From a virus, in the IMG/VR virus record IMGVR_UViG_3300032087_004763, positions 1 to 64,000 of that record: a DNA stretch of 64,000 nucleotides; one strand, 5' to 3'. The notes under the pieces were generated by a model, which did no database searches, was not told where the DNA came from, and worked only from the letters and a program-made list of their open reading frames with translations. Below are positions 58,859 through 64,000 of the stretch, in pieces. Every line of letters begins with the position of its first letter. Position 1 is the first letter of the stretch. The position numbers and the translations under genes are program-made.

Positions 58859-60238
58859 TTACGCGAGGATGTTATCCACTCTGAAAATGCGATAGTACTG
58901 GTTAGTCTTGACTGCAGCAAGACCGTCGGCTGGAGTAGTCCCGACGAATGGGTTTGAAGCCATACCGTAACGAGTCTTGAAGCCGATCTTAGGCTGGAAT
59001 GTATCTTCTCCAACCGCACGTACCATTGTTAATGGAACGTATGGGCAGTAGAACAGACCAGAGTCATACGGGTTAGTACCCTTATAACCAACTGTGACAT
59101 AGTCTGTAGTTGAGAACGGATCAATGTACACACGTGTACGTCCATTCAGAACACCAGCGAATGTGTTACCAGTGTCGTCAACGTTCAAGTTAGTTGACAT
59201 AGCTGGTGAGTAGTCGAGCATGCCAGAAGCAGCGAGTGCACTTGCAACGTCTGATGAACAGATGATGAAGTTACCCTTACCTCTACGAGTCTCTTTAGCG
59301 ATTGTGTTAGCTTCTCTTTCGATCTGCACAATCAGACCCTTGAACTTCTCAACTGACCAACGGCCATCAGCGTCGAGTGACAAGTTAAAGATACCCTTGG
59401 TATCAATACCGTCTTGACGAGCACCGAACTTAGCCTGTGAGTTAATCGTACGAATAACTTCACGGTTGATCTCAGCAAGAATCTCTGTAGACAGAATGTT
59501 TGCAAGCTCTGTCTCAGCGTCAAGACCATGAATCGCTTTCAAGTCTTGAGCCAATTCTAAGCTGTATTCTGCCTTCAAAGCACGCGAGCGAGCTGTTACT
59601 GTAGCTTTCTCAATCGTGAAGCCCATCTCAGCAAATGCTTGAGAAGAACCACCAGATCCGAGAGCTTCAGCAGTAGCTGTCGACATACCGGCACTTGCAG
59701 GAGGCGTACCCAATCCACCAGGTACATAAGTTGATTCTGAGTCAAGCAATGAAGAGTCATTGTCTGTATCAGAAACACCAGTTAAGCCAGAAGGACCAGC
59801 TGAACCTTGACCTGTGCCTGAGTCTCCAGAGTACTGAACCAGTGCTTCGTCGAACAGAGCTTCTGTATCTTCAGTTCTTGAACCACCACGTGCAGCACCA
59901 CCAGTAGAAGTCTGATAACGAGACTTCATAGCAAAGATGAGGCCAGTAGGACCAGTCATTGGCTGAACACCACAAACGTCATAAGCCATGAGGTTAGGCA
60001 TAGCACGACGAACGAGTGCAATCAATACTGGGTTCCAGTTAGCAGCATTGCCTGTTGCGTTAGAAGGTGTCTCCGTGAGGTGTTGCTGTTGTGCAGCTTC
60101 CTCATTGAACGCACGCTCTTGGTTTTCTAATACCGCAGCTGTTACAGCTTTACGGTGGCTATCTGTGATCGATCCAGCTGTCTCGTTGTCGAGAACCGGT
60201 GACCACTTTTCGATCAAACGATCGTATGATTCCATCAT
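58859..60238 (-). CDS. 23: major capsid protein gp23
   Basis: LVRRAMPNL, VQPMTGPTGLIFAM, KAEYSLELAQDLKAIHGLDAE, FQPKIGFKTRYG. Confidence 0.98.
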   Translation of the reverse strand: MMESYDRLIEKWSPVLDNETAGSITDSHRKAVTAAVLENQERAFNEEAAQQQHLTETPSNATGNAANWNPVLIALVRRAMPNLMAYDVCGVQPMTGPTGLIFAMKSRYQTSTGGAARGGSRTEDTEALFDEALVQYSGDSGTGQGSAGPSGLTGVSDTDNDSSLLDSESTYVPGGLGTPPASAGMSTATAEALGSGGSSQAFAEMGFTIEKATVTARSRALKAEYSLELAQDLKAIHGLDAETELANILSTEILAEINREVIRTINSQAKFGARQDGIDTKGIFNLSLDADGRWSVEKFKGLIVQIEREANTIAKETRRGKGNFIICSSDVASALAASGMLDYSPAMSTNLNVDDTGNTFAGVLNGRTRVYIDPFSTTDYVTVGYKGTNPYDSGLFYCPYVPLTMVRAVGEDTFQPKIGFKTRYGMASNPFVGTTPADGLAAVKTNQYYRIFRVDNILA

Positions 60239-60256
60239 TTCTAGGAACTCCTATTT

Positions 60257-61330
60257 TTATTTTGCTGTCTTTTCGAGAGCTGAAAGATATGATGCCATTG
60301 AACCAGAAGCTTGGACTGGAGAATCTCCGCCTTGCTCATCCTGGAACTCAGCTTCAGCTGACTCTTTGACTTCTTTATTGAAGTATGACTCTTTGACGGT
60401 CTCTACTTTCGCAGCGAAAGTTTCTTCGTCTTCAAAGTCAATATCTTCGACGAGTGATTTTAGCTTCTCAACTTGAGTCTCAGCAAGACCACGCGCAGAT
60501 TCACGAATGATTGCATCCCGCTTATAATGCTCAAGTTCTTCAGCCATAGTAATAGCTTGTGCAGTTGTATCGTTGAGTCTGTCTTCCAACTCTTCAACGG
60601 TATCTGCCAAGTCATCAACTAGGTCGACCTTAGACTCTGGTACGTCGATGTAGCTTTCTTCGAACAGGCCTTTCAGTCCTGTCATGAAGTCTTCTGCAAT
60701 CTCGGCACGTAAGCCTGACTGGATAGCGACTTGATTGTCTTCCATCCACTGTTCAACTACGTAGTTGAGGTATGAATCGACTTTTTCGACCATGTCAGCT
60801 TTTGTAGACTCAAGCTCTTCTGAGAGCTCTTCCTCATACTTTGCCTCAAGACGATCGATCTCCTCAGACAGCTTATGCTTGATAGCTGCTTCGAAGATTG
60901 TTCCGGCCTTAGTTCTGAACTCTTCTGACAAAGTGGCTTCGTCATTGATCAGAGCATTTAGGTCGTCGGAAAAGTCTGGCTGATACTGAAGTTCAGCTTC
61001 TTCTGCAGATTGATCCTCGAATGACTCACTCATGCCACCGTGATACGATGCATAAAGTTTAGCCATTTCTGACTTAGGCATACCGTTCATCTTAGTAAAC
61101 ATAGCATTAATCATGCCAGCCTTAGTCTTAGGCATTGGATCTTGTTTAGTGTTGTCACCTTTACGCTTTGGAGCGCTTCCAGTTGCATCACCAGCTTTAT
61201 CTACAGAGGCTACTGACTGTGCTTCAGCATTCTTCGGATCATGACCGTGAGCTGCTTCCACGATTTCGTCTTCGTTCTCAACGTCATCGTGGAGCTCAAT
61301 TTCTTGATCTTCAGTATATTGATCAGTCAT
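60257..61330 (-). CDS. 22: prohead core scaffold gp22
   Basis: LSEEFRTKAGTIFEAA, VDSYLNYVVEQW, VKESYF. Confidence 0.93.
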   Translation of the reverse strand: MTDQYTEDQEIELHDDVENEDEIVEAAHGHDPKNAEAQSVASVDKAGDATGSAPKRKGDNTKQDPMPKTKAGMINAMFTKMNGMPKSEMAKLYASYHGGMSESFEDQSAEEAELQYQPDFSDDLNALINDEATLSEEFRTKAGTIFEAAIKHKLSEEIDRLEAKYEEELSEELESTKADMVEKVDSYLNYVVEQWMEDNQVAIQSGLRAEIAEDFMTGLKGLFEESYIDVPESKVDLVDDLADTVEELEDRLNDTTAQAITMAEELEHYKRDAIIRESARGLAETQVEKLKSLVEDIDFEDEETFAAKVETVKESYFNKEVKESAEAEFQDEQGGDSPVQASGSMASYLSALEKTAK

Positions 61331-61342
61331 AATTGACTCCTA

Positions 61343-61996
61343 TTATTTTGATTTGAGTAACGAGAGGAAATTTTTAAACTCACGAATCTGTACCTCATAG
61401 AGATCTTTTCGTGGAGCTTTCTTAATTTCAGTCTCCATTTGTTCAATACGTCTTGCTTCGATGATACCGTTATTCCAAACCCAATCAACACCTTCCATAA
61501 CTCCATTAACAAAAGCATTTGGTGCAGATGGATCTTGAACGATATCGACAGCGTTGAGCATGAAGTCTTTACCGACCATCATGGCATCGCCACCTCTTTG
61601 CAGACTTCCCATACCACGAGTTGAAACGCCAACCCTAACCCCGCCATCGAGAAGACCTTCAACGATCTTACCCATAGGAGTTGCCAGTATTGTCGCTTTT
61701 CCAACAACATCGTTCCCCTTCCAATTAAGAGAATCGATCTTGTGAGAAACTTTATCTAGGTTGATCGTTGGTCCCTCAGGATGATTGAGTTCACCAACAG
61801 CTCTACCTTTTGAAACTTGTTCGTCAATATATTTGTTAACCGCAGACTCCATGACTTCTTTTGGATAGATTCTGCCGTTCCGGTTCTTTTGCTCTGCTGA
61901 AGCAAAAATACCTTCAATAGCATAACTCTTCTTACCGTCTTTCGCTTCGACGATACATTCGATGTCTTGGTCGGTATATTCTGCGATCAGTTTCAT
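61343..61996 (-). CDS. 21: prohead protease gp21
   Basis: MKLIAE, NRNGRIYP, GELNHP, GVSTRGMGSL, DPSAPNAFV. Confidence 0.96.
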   Translation of the reverse strand: MKLIAEYTDQDIECIVEAKDGKKSYAIEGIFASAEQKNRNGRIYPKEVMESAVNKYIDEQVSKGRAVGELNHPEGPTINLDKVSHKIDSLNWKGNDVVGKATILATPMGKIVEGLLDGGVRVGVSTRGMGSLQRGGDAMMVGKDFMLNAVDIVQDPSAPNAFVNGVMEGVDWVWNNGIIEARRIEQMETEIKKAPRKDLYEVQIREFKNFLSLLKSK

Positions 61997-62202
61997 TACA
62001 TTTTTCCAAACTGTTTTACAAATTGGGCGGCAGCTTTCTCCGCCTCTTTTTGTGTTCTATAAGCATCAAGTCTATCACCATCGACATAGGCGATAAACTT
62101 GCCCTTATCTTTATGAATCATTACCGATATCTTGCCTACTTTAAAATCCCGGACATGTTCTCCAGGTGGCATTCTTTTTCTTAGCTCAGTAAATAGTTTC
62201 AT
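61996..62202 (-). CDS. small prohead core protein (gp68 position)
   Basis: MKLFTELR start; late promoter TATAAATA at 62229-62222. Confidence 0.65.
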   Translation of the reverse strand: MKLFTELRKRMPPGEHVRDFKVGKISVMIHKDKGKFIAYVDGDRLDAYRTQKEAEKAAAQFVKQFGKM

Positions 62203-62234
62203 ATTACTTTCCGTACTTAATTATTTATATGATT

Positions 62235-62564
62235 TTAGTTTTCCACTTCATCATCTTCGTCGTATTCTTCATCATCCAAGTCGACCTCTTCATCTTCATC
62301 GACTTCTAGATCTTCGTCATCGATATCAAGATCAAGTTCTTCGTCCTCAGGCACGACATAATCATCATCTTCTGGTCCACCTTCAGCACTATGACCAGCA
62401 TAGATCCGAGATGCAATACCCATCTTCTCTTGCTCTAATGCAGACTGCATCTTAAGACCAATCTGATCATTAAAGATCTCAGTCGCCGCTGTATAATTTT
62501 GATCTAGTGTTGCTTGAATCAAATCCTCGATTGGATTTGTTGCAACTTCTGTTTCTTCACTCAT
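62235..62564 (-). CDS. acidic prohead core protein (gp67-like)
   Basis: Helical N-terminus with a D/E-rich tail; synteny. Confidence 0.7.
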   Translation of the reverse strand: MSEETEVATNPIEDLIQATLDQNYTAATEIFNDQIGLKMQSALEQEKMGIASRIYAGHSAEGGPEDDDYVVPEDEELDLDIDDEDLEVDEDEEVDLDDEEYDEDDEVEN

Positions 62565-62601
62565 AATTTACTCCTATGTAATATTTAATGTAAAGCGGAC
62601 A

Positions 62602-62964
62602 TTACTCAATCACCCACCGCAAGTTATCTTCGTCCCAGTATATAGCTTGTGTAGCTGGATCAAATGTGGGGGCTGGTGACGGAGCTTCCCATTGACAAGT
62701 GGTTTCGTTAAGCACCCACGATCTAAAAGGCTTCCGCGGAATAAAAGCATCGAGCTCGGCATTGTACATATAGCCACGACTCGCAAAATTTTTCCTAAAA
62801 GTGCCGTTATAACTAGTCTGTACCCAATCTCCGCCAAGTGACTTAGCAAGATACTGTTTACCCAAATCTTCATTTTCAACGCCATCTTTTGTAATTATTT
62901 CGTTAGCTAATGGTATGACATCAATTACGAATCCGTCAGATGCTATCTTTGCAAAGTGAGCCAT
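62602..62964 (-). CDS. conserved phage hypothetical protein accompanying Gly-rich proteins
   Basis: MAHFA..WVQTSYNGTFRKN..DAFIP.KPF.SW.LNETTCQWEAP. Confidence 0.75.
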   Translation of the reverse strand: MAHFAKIASDGFVIDVIPLANEIITKDGVENEDLGKQYLAKSLGGDWVQTSYNGTFRKNFASRGYMYNAELDAFIPRKPFRSWVLNETTCQWEAPSPAPTFDPATQAIYWDEDNLRWVIE

Positions 62965-63932
62965 TATGAAAGCGTCCCTGATCCAGTGAAAAGAACTACA
63001 GTGTAAGTCCCGTAAGTGCTTGTACTATATGATCCAGTTAGTGTTAGTTCACTAAGACTAGTATTGTTGAATCTAAAAATGACAGCCCCAGACCCACCAT
63101 TTCCACCGCGATTCCCCGCGCCCGTCTGGTACCAACCACCTCCACCGCCACCACCGGTGTTCGCCGTACCGTCAACCGGCCCAGTCGGATAGTATCCTCC
63201 GCGACCACCACCGCCAGCACCCCCTACCCCTGCAGCGTTAATGTTATTGGTATCCGAAGATCCTCCTCCTCCGCCTGCAAAGTATCCGCTATCACCAATA
63301 CCCGTTCCAAATAATGAGGATAAATTAACACCATCACCTCCATCGTTGGTAGAGTTCACCGCACTATAAGTTCCTCCACCTCCACCGCCGCCAACTCCAT
63401 CTGAGCCGCCGGACCCGTACACGGCCCCACCGTCATTACCTTGATTGCCATGAACTGCAGACCCTGCAGCGTAAGCACTGGGGTAATGTGAAGCGCCACC
63501 ACCAGAAGCACCGTCAGCACCATCCGTCTTAGATCCGCCTCCCCCGCCACCGTAAGCAATGCCTCCTAAATTCGTACTATCAGAACTTTTGGTGACGTAA
63601 GTATTCCCGCCATTTGAAGCGACAGTATACGATACGCCTGGTGTTCCTGCACCACCGGCGCCAACAGTGATCGTATAAGTTTCACCAGCCGCCCCCGAAT
63701 GGTTTGTAACCTGAACGACTCCTCCGCCGCCACCACCGCCTCCGCGATAGCCACCACCGCCGCCTCCTCCTCCTATAAGGACCATGTCAAAAGCAGGCAA
63801 TGATTCCACAAAATTTGGAAATCCGTTCCCTCGCTCGGCCAATTCAACATCACGAAGTGAGAAAATTCCGGGAGCAGACGACGAGGTAACAGTATTTACA
63901 ACTCCTAATTTACGACCATTGCCGCGATACAT
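62964..63932 (-). CDS. glycine-rich domain protein, probably virion surface
   Basis: Repeated GGGGG/GGxG; YTITVGAGG, ANTGGGGGG, GGSGAVI. Confidence 0.8.
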   Translation of the reverse strand: MYRGNGRKLGVVNTVTSSSAPGIFSLRDVELAERGNGFPNFVESLPAFDMVLIGGGGGGGGYRGGGGGGGGVVQVTNHSGAAGETYTITVGAGGAGTPGVSYTVASNGGNTYVTKSSDSTNLGGIAYGGGGGGSKTDGADGASGGGASHYPSAYAAGSAVHGNQGNDGGAVYGSGGSDGVGGGGGGGTYSAVNSTNDGGDGVNLSSLFGTGIGDSGYFAGGGGGSSDTNNINAAGVGGAGGGGRGGYYPTGPVDGTANTGGGGGGGWYQTGAGNRGGNGGSGAVIFRFNNTSLSELTLTGSYSTSTYGTYTVVLFTGSGTLS

Positions 63933-64000
63933 CAGCTTATCTCCTCATAAGAACAAACTGCTTCAATATCTCCGTTTGCGCTCGCGGTAAGCTTTAGCGA
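63932..64000 (-). CDS. 3' end of a gene truncated by the window edge
   Basis: ...SLKLTASANGDIEAVCSYEEIS*; TGATG overlap with the Gly-rich gene. Confidence 0.6.
   Translation of the reverse strand, partial: SLKLTASANGDIEAVCSYEEIS

Noticed and set aside
62964-63932. CCx/GGx-rich repeats as a tandem repeat or CRISPR array
   Set aside because: Explained by poly-Gly codons; no repeat-spacer structure was seen in the window by eye
1-64000. Most short plus-strand ORFs and nested alternative-frame minus ORFs in the track (e.g. 8740-9279, 11439-12020, 20117-20575, 51095-51826, 59988-60476)
   Set aside because: They are shadows of well-supported genes, with no independent RBS or motifs
1-64000. Stop-codon recoding, suggested by long overlaps (185-270, 26781-26884, 46967-47055)
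   Set aside because: Core genes are full length under the standard code and all three stop codons are used; the overlaps look like C-terminal extensions

Overview
A 64-kb segment of a large T4-like myovirus genome, almost entirely on the minus strand. It is most likely a marine phage of a Gram-negative host; the permuted tmRNA and a ROSE-type thermometer point to an alphaproteobacterium (inference). Right to left it holds: (1) a Gly-rich insert and the head core (gp67-like, gp68-like, gp21, gp22, gp23), gp3, uvsY, uvsW, gp55, gp47/46, gp45/44/62 and regA, with three homing-endonuclease-derived genes interspersed; (2) hsp20, an M15 peptidase, peroxiredoxin, gp43, a MazG-like enzyme and an AEP-type primase; (3) a base-modification operon: EndoII-like nuclease, Nmad1, dCMP hydroxymethylase-like, dCMP deaminase, UDG-fold, SGNH-like, PLP enzyme, class II aldolase and an aGPT-Pplase-like protein; (4) uvsX, gp41, thyX and gcvH; (5) small early genes, an inverted late operon of exported proteins and a two-piece tmRNA; (6) an ~11.7-kb late cluster of proteins with T4-type capsid-targeting N-termini; (7) a spanin-like pair, nrdA fused to glutaredoxin, nrdB, rnh and a denV-like gene. 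The two strongest candidates for undescribed systems are the capsid-packaged cargo cluster (protease-processed polyproteins plus ligase-like, nucleotidyltransferase and nuclease-like enzymes) and a probable non-glucosyl cytosine hypermodification pathway. All assignments come from reading motifs by eye; no database searches were run.
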